From: a virus
Taxonomy: Duplodnaviria > Caudoviricetes
Direction: 5' to 3' (one strand)
DNA: 57,698 nt
Virus record (IMG/VR): IMGVR_UViG_3300018063_000014
Coordinates: 1 to 57,698 of that record
The notes under the pieces are model-generated. The model was given only the letters and a program-made list of their open reading frames with translations. It was not told the DNA's origin and ran no database searches. The translations under genes were made by a program, and so were the position numbers. Shown here piece by piece: positions 37,972 to 46,810 of this stretch (its first letter is position 1; the number at the start of each line of letters is the position of its first letter).

Positions 37972-38295
37972 TCATAACCCCGCCCTTTCTATCTGTTTTC
38001 GAAGCTCGGTTCGGGTCTTGTGATCTTCTGGGCACACCGTTTCAAGGCGCGCGTGGTCCACTAAGAGATGCCGGCGAACAACATCTACGAGCAAATCCCA
38101 CGGGATGTTTTTATCAAGATGATCGACAGTAACCTTGAACTCCTTGCCCTTCGCGGTCGATTGTTTCTTGTGGCAGTCACAGCACGTATAAAAATCCCTC
38201 TTGAGCGCAGCTCTCCGCTCCCTGGAATGTAGCCAGAGCATCCGCAGCGCGTTGACGATGATGCCCTTCGGGGTGACGTTGGGGTTGCCGGTCAT
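37972..38295 (-). CDS. HNH-like nuclease
   Basis: CCDC...VTVDH...LETVCPEDHKTRT. Confidence 0.65.
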   Translation of the reverse strand: MTGNPNVTPKGIIVNALRMLWLHSRERRAALKRDFYTCCDCHKKQSTAKGKEFKVTVDHLDKNIPWDLLVDVVRRHLLVDHARLETVCPEDHKTRTELRKQIERAGL

Positions 38296-38672
38296 GTGTC
38301 CGCCTCGTAAGAAAACTCAATCCTTGTGATTTCCGTTTCTGGCGTGCAGCCCCTATGAGTCGCGCAGAAAAAACTCACGAATTCAGAGGGGAATCTATAG
38401 GCCGGATGATTTCCGAAGCCTTCCTTAGCGCACTCTTCAAAGCCATAATCCAAGTCGGCTTGCATCCGGTTTAACGGCTCCCGACGAACGCTCACGATGC
38501 GGATAGGATCGCGGAGCACGCTCTGTTTTTCGCCTTTCTTGATGCCCATGCACTTCTTGACCGGCAGCAATAGTTCGCCGGGTTGGAGACTCATCCAGCC
38601 GAGACGACGGGTTACGGTCTTTGTGCCGGCCATAACCTGATCAGTGGTCAAGGCAAAACTGATTCTACGCAT
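38292..38672 (-). CDS. ASCH-domain protein
   Basis: ISF...VMAGTKTVTRR...EGF...RIEF. Confidence 0.8.
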   Translation of the reverse strand: MRRISFALTTDQVMAGTKTVTRRLGWMSLQPGELLLPVKKCMGIKKGEKQSVLRDPIRIVSVRREPLNRMQADLDYGFEECAKEGFGNHPAYRFPSEFVSFFCATHRGCTPETEITRIEFSYEADT

Positions 38673-39988
38673 TAGCTAATCCTTTCGGAGAACCGCACAC
38701 AGTCGGCCTTGAAATGGAGATCCACGACGCCCACGGCGCCTTCCCTGTTCTTGCTTATAGCGACCTCAGCGACCGTGTTATCGATGACCCCGTGCCGGTT
38801 CTTCTCGCCGTAGTAAGCCGGGCGATAAAGCATCAAAACCACGTCGGCGTTCTGTTCGAGGGCGCCCGATTCTCGCAGGTCCGATAGCATAGGCCGGTGG
38901 TCTTTCCGCTTCTCAACATCTCGGTTTAGTTGGTTCAGGAAAACCATGCCGATGTTCAAAGACACGGCAAGGCGCTTCGCGTCGGCGCTCATGTAGGCCA
39001 CCTCGGATTGCCTTTCGCCTATTGATCGTGAGGGTTTGTCGTATGCGTCTACCAGGCCAAGGTAATCGACGAACGCCGCGCCAAGGTTCGGTTCCCGGAT
39101 CTTTAATTGCTGAATATTCGCCTTGATCTTCGGCCATCGGCTTTCCTTATCGGCGATGCGAAACATTTCAAGATCGGAGATAACATTCGCAGCATGCGCC
39201 ACCTGATTGACTTCTGGACCTTCAAGCGCGCCGGTTCTGATCAAACGAAGCGGAACCCCTGAATACATAGAGAGCATCCGGCACATGAGCGAATGGTTCG
39301 TACCCTCGACAGAGATATACGCTACGGATACGTTCGCGCGCGCCATGTTCAGACAGCAATTAGCGGCGAATGCAGACTTGCCCATGCTGCTCCTGCCGGC
39401 CACGATCCACAGTTCCCCCTTGCACATTCCCCCAATTATCCGGTCGATAGACGGGAAACCGATCTTCATAAAATCCGCCTCGTTGTGCGACTCAATTTTC
39501 TTGAGCGTTTGAATAATCTGCTCCCGCACAGTGATCAGCGTCTTTTCTTCTTGAAGTAGCTGAGTAAAGGTTTGCGAAAGATTGGCGTACTGCTCACCCA
39601 GGTCGGTGAGCGGGTTGGCTCCCATCTGCTCGATGGATTCCATGAGGGCCTTTTGAGCGGTACGGCGCTTCGAATAATCTTTGATTTTTCTAACGCTATA
39701 TTCCACCGAGCCCGGCATCGCCTTCTCGGCCAAGTCGGCGAAGAAATCAAACGGCATTTCTTTGTCTTCGCAATAGTCGTAAACTTGAACCACGCCAATC
39801 GGCATACTGAAGGCTTGCAACTCTAAAATCCTCTGGTAGACACGCCGATGTAGCGGACCGTACCAGTCCCCAAGCTCCAGGCCCGCGCTCACTATCGGGA
39901 TTATCGAGGGGTCAACTAGCATGGCACCAAGTAAGACCTTCTCAATTTCTATCGCCTGCGCGATGCGGATGTCGGGAGAGTCGGGCAA
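38672..39988 (-). CDS. dnaB: Replicative DNA helicase DnaB-like
   Basis: AGRSSMGKS, VDYLGLV, QLNRDVEKRKDHRPMLSDLRESGALEQNADVV, KNREG. Confidence 0.95.
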   Translation of the reverse strand: MPDSPDIRIAQAIEIEKVLLGAMLVDPSIIPIVSAGLELGDWYGPLHRRVYQRILELQAFSMPIGVVQVYDYCEDKEMPFDFFADLAEKAMPGSVEYSVRKIKDYSKRRTAQKALMESIEQMGANPLTDLGEQYANLSQTFTQLLQEEKTLITVREQIIQTLKKIESHNEADFMKIGFPSIDRIIGGMCKGELWIVAGRSSMGKSAFAANCCLNMARANVSVAYISVEGTNHSLMCRMLSMYSGVPLRLIRTGALEGPEVNQVAHAANVISDLEMFRIADKESRWPKIKANIQQLKIREPNLGAAFVDYLGLVDAYDKPSRSIGERQSEVAYMSADAKRLAVSLNIGMVFLNQLNRDVEKRKDHRPMLSDLRESGALEQNADVVLMLYRPAYYGEKNRHGVIDNTVAEVAISKNREGAVGVVDLHFKADCVRFSERIS

Positions 39989-39991
39989 GGC

Positions 39992-40741
39992 TCAATCTTC
40001 CCCCAACCGTCGCGCCCAAACTCCGGTTCGCTCCGGCGCCTTGACCGTGCCATCCGGGTTGAATTCGTCGCCGTTGCCGTTCTGCGGCTTGTGAACCCAC
40101 TCGACCTTGATCGTGGTCCAGTTGCGGTCGATGGCATCCTCTATGACCTTCTTCGGGTCGTAGCCGATACCCCTTAGTATTCGAAGGCGCTCGAAAAGGC
40201 GCTCTGCCACTTCCTTAGTCGTCGGCGCTCTCTTGCGCTTTCTATGTGCTAGAAACTCTTCCCAAGAGTCTTTAGGGATGAAATCAGGAAGCGTTAGCGT
40301 CTCTTCTTCCTTTGATTCTCTTCTACTGATTCTCTTAAGAGGAGTCCGCATATCCGCTGACTCCTGACTCTGCGTATGTGGCGACTCATGAGTCTGCATA
40401 TATGCGGAGTCCTGAATCGTCATCACCTCGGAAATCCACTGGTGCATCAAGAATCGGTAGCGGTTGGCCTTGCCGAACCCTAGTTGCTCGACTTCGACGA
40501 GAGCGTGCTTCGACTCCAATTCCTTGATGTACCTATCAAATTGGCTTTCAGAGATTCCCAACTCGGCGGCTATAGTCTCACGCTTTGGCCATGCTACGCC
40601 GTGGTCGCCCGCGTACTGCGCGAGCCGCGCGTAGGCCAGCTTGGCCCCCTGGGAGACCTCGGTCCTACTTAACAGCCAGTTCGGAACGAACGAACCGACC
40701 CATGCCTTATAGGGATTGATAAAACGACCCTCCAGTTTCAT
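39992..40741 (-). CDS. Replication initiator (N-terminal winged HTH)
   Basis: VSQGAKLAYARL...AWPKRETIAAELGISE...NRY; C-terminal WEEFLAHRKRK...NWT; adjacent to dnaB. Confidence 0.85.
   Translation of the reverse strand: MKLEGRFINPYKAWVGSFVPNWLLSRTEVSQGAKLAYARLAQYAGDHGVAWPKRETIAAELGISESQFDRYIKELESKHALVEVEQLGFGKANRYRFLMHQWISEVMTIQDSAYMQTHESPHTQSQESADMRTPLKRISRRESKEEETLTLPDFIPKDSWEEFLAHRKRKRAPTTKEVAERLFERLRILRGIGYDPKKVIEDAIDRNWTTIKVEWVHKPQNGNGDEFNPDGTVKAPERTGVWARRLGED
40342..40418. repeat. Iteron-like 24-bp-period repeats in the initiator gene
   Basis: GA(G/C)TC-N12-GA(C/G)TC units starting 40342, 40366, 40390. Confidence 0.65.
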
Positions 40742-40882
40742 GCGACCCTTCCCGAACCCACAGCAAGGCCGGCACGCGGGATAGGCGCGCATCGCCGCTC
40801 GGGGGGAACGGTTGCCGACCTTGCTCTAAATTCGAAAAAACGGAGGATTTCAATGGACACTATCCTTGCCCACGATGCAGGC

Positions 40883-40911
40883 ACTATAACCCGAATCGCG
40901 GGCTGTGTAAA
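40883..40911 (-). promoter_or_regulatory. Sigma70-type promoter for the initiator-dnaB operon
   Basis: TTTACA-17 nt-TATAGT; the -35 overlaps a heptamer array. Confidence 0.55.
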
Positions 40912-40928
40912 GCGGCAAACGTAAAACG

Positions 40929-41177
40929 TTAAACAGACTCGTAGGTAGCGTTGAAAACGTCTGGTTTACACGGGTAAAACTCGCCCATGACGCCTCTGAT
41001 AATCCAGTCTCCTTTGGAGGCTGTCATGGTGCCTTCGAGTGTTTTGATTGAGATGCTATCGCCGGTGAAGTCTTCTTCAAATTCCGTGGCACCCTTGGCG
41101 AATCTCATAATCTCGCTCATGTTGTGGCCGGTATATTGAACAGCCTCAACCACCACTGGTTTTTTCCTAAATTTCAT
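40929..41177 (-). CDS. PGDYG-like conserved phage protein
   Basis: [12 protein letters not shown]...TLEG...[23 protein letters not shown]. Confidence 0.85.
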   Translation of the reverse strand: MKFRKKPVVVEAVQYTGHNMSEIMRFAKGATEFEEDFTGDSISIKTLEGTMTASKGDWIIRGVMGEFYPCKPDVFNATYESV

Positions 41178-41388
41178 ATCGGCTTCTCCTTTCCAATTCC
41201 GCTTCTAGCATCTGAATCACCTTGTCCCGCGCCTCGACGACACGCTGAAGTCGCCGGATGCCCTTGTTGGCGTTGGCGATCTCGATACGGGCGCGGAGGT
41301 AAAGGGATTCGAAAAGAAGGGCGCGGTGAGCTGCGTCGAAACTCAACGCGGGTATCTTATCTTCGTTAAGCTTTTTCGCTGGTTCCAT
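41167..41388 (-). CDS. Coiled-coil hypothetical protein
   Basis: 73 aa, GGGAG RBS. Confidence 0.5.
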   Translation of the reverse strand: MEPAKKLNEDKIPALSFDAAHRALLFESLYLRARIEIANANKGIRRLQRVVEARDKVIQMLEAELERRSRYEI

Positions 41389-41569
41389 CGGCGTCTCCCT
41401 TCAACCGTCGTTCCTCCGCCATCTGTTCGACTAGGATCTTCAACTCTTCCCTCAGCACCGCCTCGACCTTCTCCGGCTTCTGGCCGTACCACAGCGCGCA
41501 CTCCGAAATGGTGGCACCAACAATGAAGCGGTCAACGATGAGGGCGCGGATCGATTTGGTTAGGTTCAT
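41366..41569 (-). CDS. Small HTH-like protein
   Basis: RFIVGATISECALWYG...VEAVLR; AGAGG RBS. Confidence 0.55.
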   Translation of the reverse strand: MNLTKSIRALIVDRFIVGATISECALWYGQKPEKVEAVLREELKILVEQMAEERRLKGDADGTSEKA

Positions 41570-42914
41570 TTAATCCTCTTTCAATTTCCGCGATGCCTTT
41601 GACAATCTCATAGGCGACTTGCGGGACAATCGCGTTGCCGAGTCCTTTTAACCTACTGACTCGATCCGGTACTCCTGTCGCAACTCTAGGCAAGCCATCT
41701 TCCCAGCCGTAGGAAGGCCAAGCCGCTTCGCCGTCGAATGCAGGAAGTTGTGGCACCATTTGCATAGCGTCTGAATATTCATCGAGTCGTTGTTTGCCTT
41801 GTTTTGATCGACGTGATGAGCGTTGAGCTGTCGCCGTTCGCCGCAAGCCTCGCAGGAAGTCTTCAGATACTTCCTTGCCCGCCACGAGTAGCCGTGCTTC
41901 GTCAGAACCGTTCGAGTATTCGCGCACGAAAGAGAACAAAATCTCCGCTTGTTGAATGCGGTCAAATCCTCTAGCTGCCTGCCATAACGCTTGCGAAACA
42001 TTGGCGTTCCACAATTCTCGCAGGGTTTTGATGCTTCTAATATTTTCCTCATAGCTCATTCCTTTTCCGTAATGTCGGTCCAACCAACTGGGTAGCCCAT
42101 CAGAGCTTCGACCCACGTCGGGTTCAGGGAGCCACCATGACCCTGATTGATTAGAACTTGCTCGTGCAAGTCGATTTGCTTCCCTTTCGTTTTCCTGTTC
42201 ACCGCTGCTTGATAGCCTGTCCCGCCGTGATGGCCTACGTGAGTCGATGGCGTCGGCCACATCTTCACCGCTTGCGGTAAATCTATCGCTTGTTCCGCAT
42301 AAGCCCTGCCTTGCGGGCCTTTCCAATCGCGGCTTTGTATTGTTGGCCACAATCCAAACTCTGTCTCGTCGGTGTTTGGCATCGACGGCGCAAGCTGGAA
42401 TAATAATCGATTGGACGGCGTACCCTTCACCTTCCAGGTCAGAAAGCACTCGGTCGAGTTCCATCGTGACGATTCCAGCAACGTTCTCACCAAGCACCCA
42501 AGCGGGCCGGGCTTCCGATATAACCCTGAGCATTTCCGGCCAGAGATAACGGTCATCTTCCTTGCCTCTACGCTTCCCGGCTTGGGAAAATGGCTGGCAA
42601 GGAAACCCTCCGGTAAGTAGGGTTGCGCCTCGGTAGGGGGTTCCGTCGAAGGTGAAGATGTCGGAATAGAATCGAGAGCAACAAAGTCTTCTAGCCTGCT
42701 CTTGTGCCCGTTCTTTATATTCTCTGGATTGCGTAGCACGCCCGTCGCACCGTGACTCTTTGTCATTGTCGGATATAGCCCCGAAGTTCTGTTTGATGAC
42801 TTCCTGCGCATAAGGCTCAATCTCTACAAATGCCACTGTCTTGAATCCCGCCCACTGTGCGGCTAAAGCGAAGCCGCCGATGCCGCTGAATAGGTCGATG
42901 TGGGTTAGCATCAA
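41532..42914 (-). CDS. C5 DNA cytosine methyltransferase, alpha-type subunit (motifs I-VIII and X)
   Basis: DLFSGIGG, GGFPCQPFS, ENV, HRRDRVWIV, RLKGLGNAIVPQVA; motif IX absent from this frame. Confidence 0.92.
   Translation of the reverse strand: MMLTHIDLFSGIGGFALAAQWAGFKTVAFVEIEPYAQEVIKQNFGAISDNDKESRCDGRATQSREYKERAQEQARRLCCSRFYSDIFTFDGTPYRGATLLTGGFPCQPFSQAGKRRGKEDDRYLWPEMLRVISEARPAWVLGENVAGIVTMELDRVLSDLEGEGYAVQSIIIPACAVDAKHRRDRVWIVANNTKPRLERPARQGLCGTSDRFTASGEDVADAIDSRRPSRRDRLSSSGEQENEREANRLARASSNQSGSWWLPEPDVGRSSDGLPSWLDRHYGKGMSYEENIRSIKTLRELWNANVSQALWQAARGFDRIQQAEILFSFVREYSNGSDEARLLVAGKEVSEDFLRGLRRTATAQRSSRRSKQGKQRLDEYSDAMQMVPQLPAFDGEAAWPSYGWEDGLPRVATGVPDRVSRLKGLGNAIVPQVAYEIVKGIAEIERGLNEPNQIDPRPHR
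41648..42052 (-). CDS. HNH endonuclease nested in the methyltransferase gene (alternative frame)
   Basis: CENC..FCSLSC, CEACG...LNAHHVDQNKANNDSMNIQTLCKWCH; AAGGA RBS. Confidence 0.85.
   Translation of the reverse strand: MRKILEASKPCENCGTPMFRKRYGRQLEDLTAFNKRRFCSLSCANTRTVLTKHGYSWRARKYLKTSCEACGERRQLNAHHVDQNKANNDSMNIQTLCKWCHNFLHSTAKRLGLPTAGKMACLELRQEYRIESVG
42056..42820 (-). CDS. Methyltransferase beta subunit overprinted in the alternative frame (start uncertain)
   Basis: WPT..SRDWK and WPTP repeats; C-terminal LNPTWVEALMGYPVGWT (motif IX). Confidence 0.85.
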   Translation of the reverse strand: MSLMRRKSSNRTSGLYPTMTKSHGATGVLRNPENIKNGHKSRLEDFVALDSIPTSSPSTEPPTEAQPYLPEGFLASHFPKPGSVEARKMTVISGRKCSGLYRKPGPLGCLVRTLLESSRWNSTECFLTWKVKGTPSNRLLFQLAPSMPNTDETEFGLWPTIQSRDWKGPQGRAYAEQAIDLPQAVKMWPTPSTHVGHHGGTGYQAAVNRKTKGKQIDLHEQVLINQGHGGSLNPTWVEALMGYPVGWTDITEKE

Positions 42915-43300
42915 TCCTCGTCTTCCCCGTCGTCGTCATCCTTCATGGTGACCTTGCACTTCTCTTTGCCCTTCACGATCTTGCCGGTAAGTGGAGGGTC
43001 GAAGCTGTCGTCCTTGTACGACTCGATTCCATGCGCGTGCATAAGCTGGAGCGCCAAGTCCTGCGCGGCGGTTTCCTGCTTCGTGAAGTCCATCCGCATC
43101 TTGCGAATCTCCTTCAACTTTTCCAGGGCATCGCTGACCTCAGGGATACGGACGAATTGATCCTCCATCCCCGGCAGTGTCGGTGTCTTGCCGGGTTGTT
43201 TAGCATTCGGTTCGTCCGGTTCCACCGTTCCTACTGCCTCAATCCCTTCCCCCTCATGCACCGCCTCTATGAACTGCTTCATCGTCGTGACTGTTTCCAT
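42911..43300 (-). CDS. Hypothetical acidic protein
   Basis: 129 aa, ATGA overlap with the methyltransferase. Confidence 0.65.
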   Translation of the reverse strand: METVTTMKQFIEAVHEGEGIEAVGTVEPDEPNAKQPGKTPTLPGMEDQFVRIPEVSDALEKLKEIRKMRMDFTKQETAAQDLALQLMHAHGIESYKDDSFDPPLTGKIVKGKEKCKVTMKDDDDGEDED

Positions 43301-43889
43301 TTTGCTTTTCCCTTCTTTTGCTCCATCTCTTTTCGTTTGCGCGCTTCAGTTGTAGCTGGGTTAGATTCCGTTTCTCGGTAAAGTACCAGGCGTCGTACCG
43401 CGACTTGCACTCGTTGCAATCTCTCACCGTCATCCATTCGCGGCACTCCGCATACTTGTGGCTGTAGGTCTGACCTGGAATGTCGGGGATGTCGGTTCTC
43501 AATGGCTTACGGTGCGTATACCGAAGCTGTCTGGTCTTATGCGACCGAACCCTCTTTGCCTTTGCCGGACGGCTCTCTATGCCCTTGCGAACATAGTCAG
43601 GGTCAAAGCCAAGGCTCTCGCAAATGTTCACGAAACAGAAAGGCCATAGGCTGTCGCCTTCTTCGAGCCATGCCCTTGCCGCTTCGTGCCGGCCGATATC
43701 GTCAGAGGCGAAACTATCGACAGCCTCTTCGAGCACGGCGACCATGAGTTTCTTTTCGGGGTCTAGCTCGCGGGTCGCCTTGTTCATCTTGTCGATGTTG
43801 AGAAAGCCGTCTGCCGAAGTGGGCATGCAGATTCGCGGCGGCTCGATGATCTCACCGGATTCCCAAGCTGTTTTTTCGGGATGGCGCAT
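43254..43889 (-). CDS. Hypothetical protein
   Basis: LMVAVLEEAV...FCFVNICESLGFDPDYVR recurring phage motif. Confidence 0.65.
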   Translation of the reverse strand: MRHPEKTAWESGEIIEPPRICMPTSADGFLNIDKMNKATRELDPEKKLMVAVLEEAVDSFASDDIGRHEAARAWLEEGDSLWPFCFVNICESLGFDPDYVRKGIESRPAKAKRVRSHKTRQLRYTHRKPLRTDIPDIPGQTYSHKYAECREWMTVRDCNECKSRYDAWYFTEKRNLTQLQLKRANEKRWSKRREKQNGNSHDDEAVHRGGA

Positions 43890-44042
43890 GGGGTTAGCTG
43901 GCTAATAAATCTTTGAGCCGATCACCTATAACCCTAATAGCCTCAGTCACTAGGACCAACAGGCAATCCTCGCAAAAACGTTTCACACTCCTGCCCTTTC
44001 CCGACACCGCAAAGATCGCAGGTTCTTTGCAGTAGCTACACT

Positions 44043-44603
44043 TCATTGCCTGGCACCCTTCTCCCCCCACACCTCGACGCTTTTCTTCGCCAACCACTTA
44101 CGCAAATAGGCGTTGCAATGTCCACGGTTTTGCCGCTTCCAAGCCGCAATCCGACGCTTCTTACACTTGACGCACCTACGTTTCCCGTGCTCAATCAGAA
44201 GATTGTCTCCGGTTAACGGATGACCATGCACGCAGTTACGGCGTCTCGCGTTCTGCGCCGGGAGGCTTTCGCCCCTCAAGATATTCTGACGACAGGTAGC
44301 GGGTTCTAAGTGATCCGGCCTTACGCAACGGCGGTGTGGGCATTTGTCTCCGTGTAGGCATCCCGTTCCGTTGTGACAGGTATGATCAAGTTTCAAGCCG
44401 TTAGGAATCGGACCATTGTGGAGTTGATAAGAGAATCTATGAGCCGGAACGTTGTGACCGCGCCTTGGCCCATTTGGGGTTGTTTCCCAAAGCAGGCCAT
44501 AACCGTGATCAATAGCGCCGGTCCAAAGCCAACAGGTTTCGGTCTTCTGGACCCTTTGCCAGAAACGGGTTTCTATCGAAGGTTTATTCGTCCAACGCCC
44601 CAT
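44043..44603 (-). mobile_element. HNH homing endonuclease
   Basis: RFWQRV...CWLWTG...AHRFSY...LDHTC...CVRPDHLE; CVHGH C-terminal domain. Confidence 0.9.
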
Positions 44604-44605
44604 AA

Positions 44606-45265
44606 TTAAGTCCTCTGAACTGGAATCCTGACTGAATAGACCTCGATACCCGGTATATTCGCTAAGAGCTTCAATGCCCGCACGACCTTACCGATTTTCA
44701 CTTCGTCCGCCATCAGGTATGTTCGGGGGATCGCCTGTTCATCTTTGATGCGAAACTTGAAATCTTCACGAAACGAAACGCCCGTCTCTTTCGATGAAGG
44801 AGTTTCCTTGAGGATAACTTGCGGCGGTGGCGCTTCGATCGGTTCGGCCTTGATCTCCTTGGCGAGTTTCTTGTAGCCGAGTTCCGTGGCGAGCGCCACG
44901 AGGCGCTTCTTCTCGTCTTCGGCTTCTTGCCGCTGTCTGGCCTCTTCGATTTGCTGCTCTCGCTCGCGCTGCCGCTTAAGCCGCTCCTGCTCATTGTCGA
45001 AGTCCACTATCAGACCGCCGAGGCGTCGATACTCCGCTTCTATAGGGTCAACGTCTCTCGCCAGATCGGCCTGCGCGTCCTTGAGTGCTTTCTTCAGATT
45101 GTCCAAATTCGGCTTGGCGCGCTTCTCGAAGAATTGGACAGCCTTCTTGAATAGCCCGCGCAGATTGACGGCGGTGTGATATCCGTTCGCATCCGCGATC
45201 TTCTGAATCGCCTTCGCCTGCTCGATCAGCGCCGTGCTTTCGTCTTGCTCGATGGGTTGGTCCAT
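44606..45265 (-). CDS. Coiled-coil recombination-module protein
   Basis: Long coiled coil, C-terminal IPRTYLMADEVKI...IPGIEVY; start by TAATG overlap. Confidence 0.7.
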   Translation of the reverse strand: MDQPIEQDESTALIEQAKAIQKIADANGYHTAVNLRGLFKKAVQFFEKRAKPNLDNLKKALKDAQADLARDVDPIEAEYRRLGGLIVDFDNEQERLKRQREREQQIEEARQRQEAEDEKKRLVALATELGYKKLAKEIKAEPIEAPPPQVILKETPSSKETGVSFREDFKFRIKDEQAIPRTYLMADEVKIGKVVRALKLLANIPGIEVYSVRIPVQRT

Positions 45266-45444
45266 TATTTCACCTTGCCGCTTTCGGTTTTGTTGACCGT
45301 GACGATATAGCCGCACGGGGTCTGGTATTTGGGGAACGCAATAGAGATGATCGACAAATCTGTACCGCCAAGTACATGATCGCTGACCCATCCGCGCACG
45401 GCCTCAGTAACTTCCTCGGGAGTTAGTGTAATTTCCATTTCCAT
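45265..45444 (-). CDS. Hypothetical protein
   Basis: MEMEITLTPEEV after an AAGGAG RBS. Confidence 0.55.
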   Translation of the reverse strand: MEMEITLTPEEVTEAVRGWVSDHVLGGTDLSIISIAFPKYQTPCGYIVTVNKTESGKVK

Positions 45445-45572
45445 GTGCTCTCCTTTGCCCTTCATCTAGCGACCCGGTGGGCTAAAGCTGTAACGGCCTA
45501 TTGGGATGTCGCCCTATCCCGCTTCGCGCCTGAGCTTCGCGCATTCACGCAACGGATCGCTAGGTCAAGGGC

Positions 45573-45827
45573 CTACTTAATCTTTCTCTTGAGCGACCGA
45601 ATCTCCTTAGCAAGCATTTCAATGCGCTGATCAGATTCGGCGGCCATCCCATTGTAGACACGGCAAGCTGAGCGTATTTCGATGATGCAGGTATTGGGAA
45701 CCTGAGCGATCCAGTGACCGTCTTTCTTTGTGAGAAGATCGCTGTAGTCGGTGTGTCGCGATACATAGGTCGCATCGTTGTATTGCACCGCCTGGCCGTT
45801 GCTGAACCGAACTGTGATCATGTCCAT
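45573..45827 (-). CDS. Hypothetical protein
   Basis: 84 aa, AGGAG RBS. Confidence 0.6.
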   Translation of the reverse strand: MDMITVRFSNGQAVQYNDATYVSRHTDYSDLLTKKDGHWIAQVPNTCIIEIRSACRVYNGMAAESDQRIEMLAKEIRSLKRKIK

Positions 45828-45987
45828 CTCCTACTTCTTCGCTCTGCCGCCAGCTTGCTCCTGATGCGAATAACGACCCTGCGCTCGGCTACGTTCCTGA
45901 ACGGGAACGACTTGCCGAAGATTGGACTGCGCGGCCCCGGCATGGGTAGCGCGGCCCTGAGTCTTTTTTGAGTTGGGGTTTCCGTGG

Positions 45988-46395
45988 CTACCCCTGCTCC
46001 TTCACGAACTTCTCAATGATCGCAGCTTCTGTGAGGGCCGTGCGGCGATGGAGAGGGCCAAAGAGCCAATTCGTCTGATCGCCGTCTGTTCCAAAAAATA
46101 TTTCGCAGGCAGATAAGTGCCGCGTGGCAGTCGGGACATGGAGGAGACTGGCGTAACGGGCGTTCTTAGACCGTTCCAGCCTCAGATCCTTGAAAATTGC
46201 CGTTCCCCAGCCCGCCGCACAGGCCGCCGTGTGGCATTCATCATTCGGCTGAGCTTTATACCGCCCAGGAACCTCTTTCCCCCGAAGGTCTTGCCCGAAT
46301 TCTTTCATCTTGAATCGTCGTTTCGGAAGCTTCGAAACCGTCTCCCTCAAGAACTCGGCCAGCCTTAAGAGTCTGCGTTTGTGAACTGCTTTCAT
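45988..46395 (-). CDS. Hypothetical phage protein
   Basis: ECHTAACAAGW motif; AAGGAG RBS. Confidence 0.7.
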   Translation of the reverse strand: MKAVHKRRLLRLAEFLRETVSKLPKRRFKMKEFGQDLRGKEVPGRYKAQPNDECHTAACAAGWGTAIFKDLRLERSKNARYASLLHVPTATRHLSACEIFFGTDGDQTNWLFGPLHRRTALTEAAIIEKFVKEQG

Positions 46396-46543
46396 CGAAT
46401 TCTCCTTTCAATCTTCGTCTTCGTCTTTCCTACTCGTATCCTCATCGCACTGTTCGCAAATCACGTTTCGCGCTTGGTCTGCCGTGGCGAACGGCCCGAG
46501 ACCTACTCCGCACATGCGGCACTTTGACCACCACATCGGCGGG

Positions 46544-46810
46544 TCAGGGATTCGTTCGATCGTTCCGATCTCCAACGGCTACCTTCAGACAGCGATAGAG
46601 CAAGTCCCATGCGCCAAGTCGCTTGCGGGGAAAGCCAGACACCGCCGCGCGTCTCCATTCAGCCTTCGGTCTGCCAGCCTTCGAGAAAACAACACGATAG
46701 TTGCCGATCGTAGGCGTTCCCGTGGCGTCGTTGGCGATGACAGCGATCCCGAGATGCCTCTTGAGGCTCTCATCCCCTAACGGCCAAAGCTCGACGGTGA
46801 CAACGATCAT
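46544..46810 (-). CDS. Hypothetical phage protein
   Basis: MIVVTVELWP...IANDATG...GNY...FPRKRLGAWDLL. Confidence 0.65.
   Translation of the reverse strand: MIVVTVELWPLGDESLKRHLGIAVIANDATGTPTIGNYRVVFSKAGRPKAEWRRAAVSGFPRKRLGAWDLLYRCLKVAVGDRNDRTNP

Noticed and set aside
41648-42052. Group I intron or intein explaining the nested HNH
   Set aside because: No non-coding flanks for a ribozyme core and no Hint motifs in the alpha frame; RNA data would be needed to exclude it fully.
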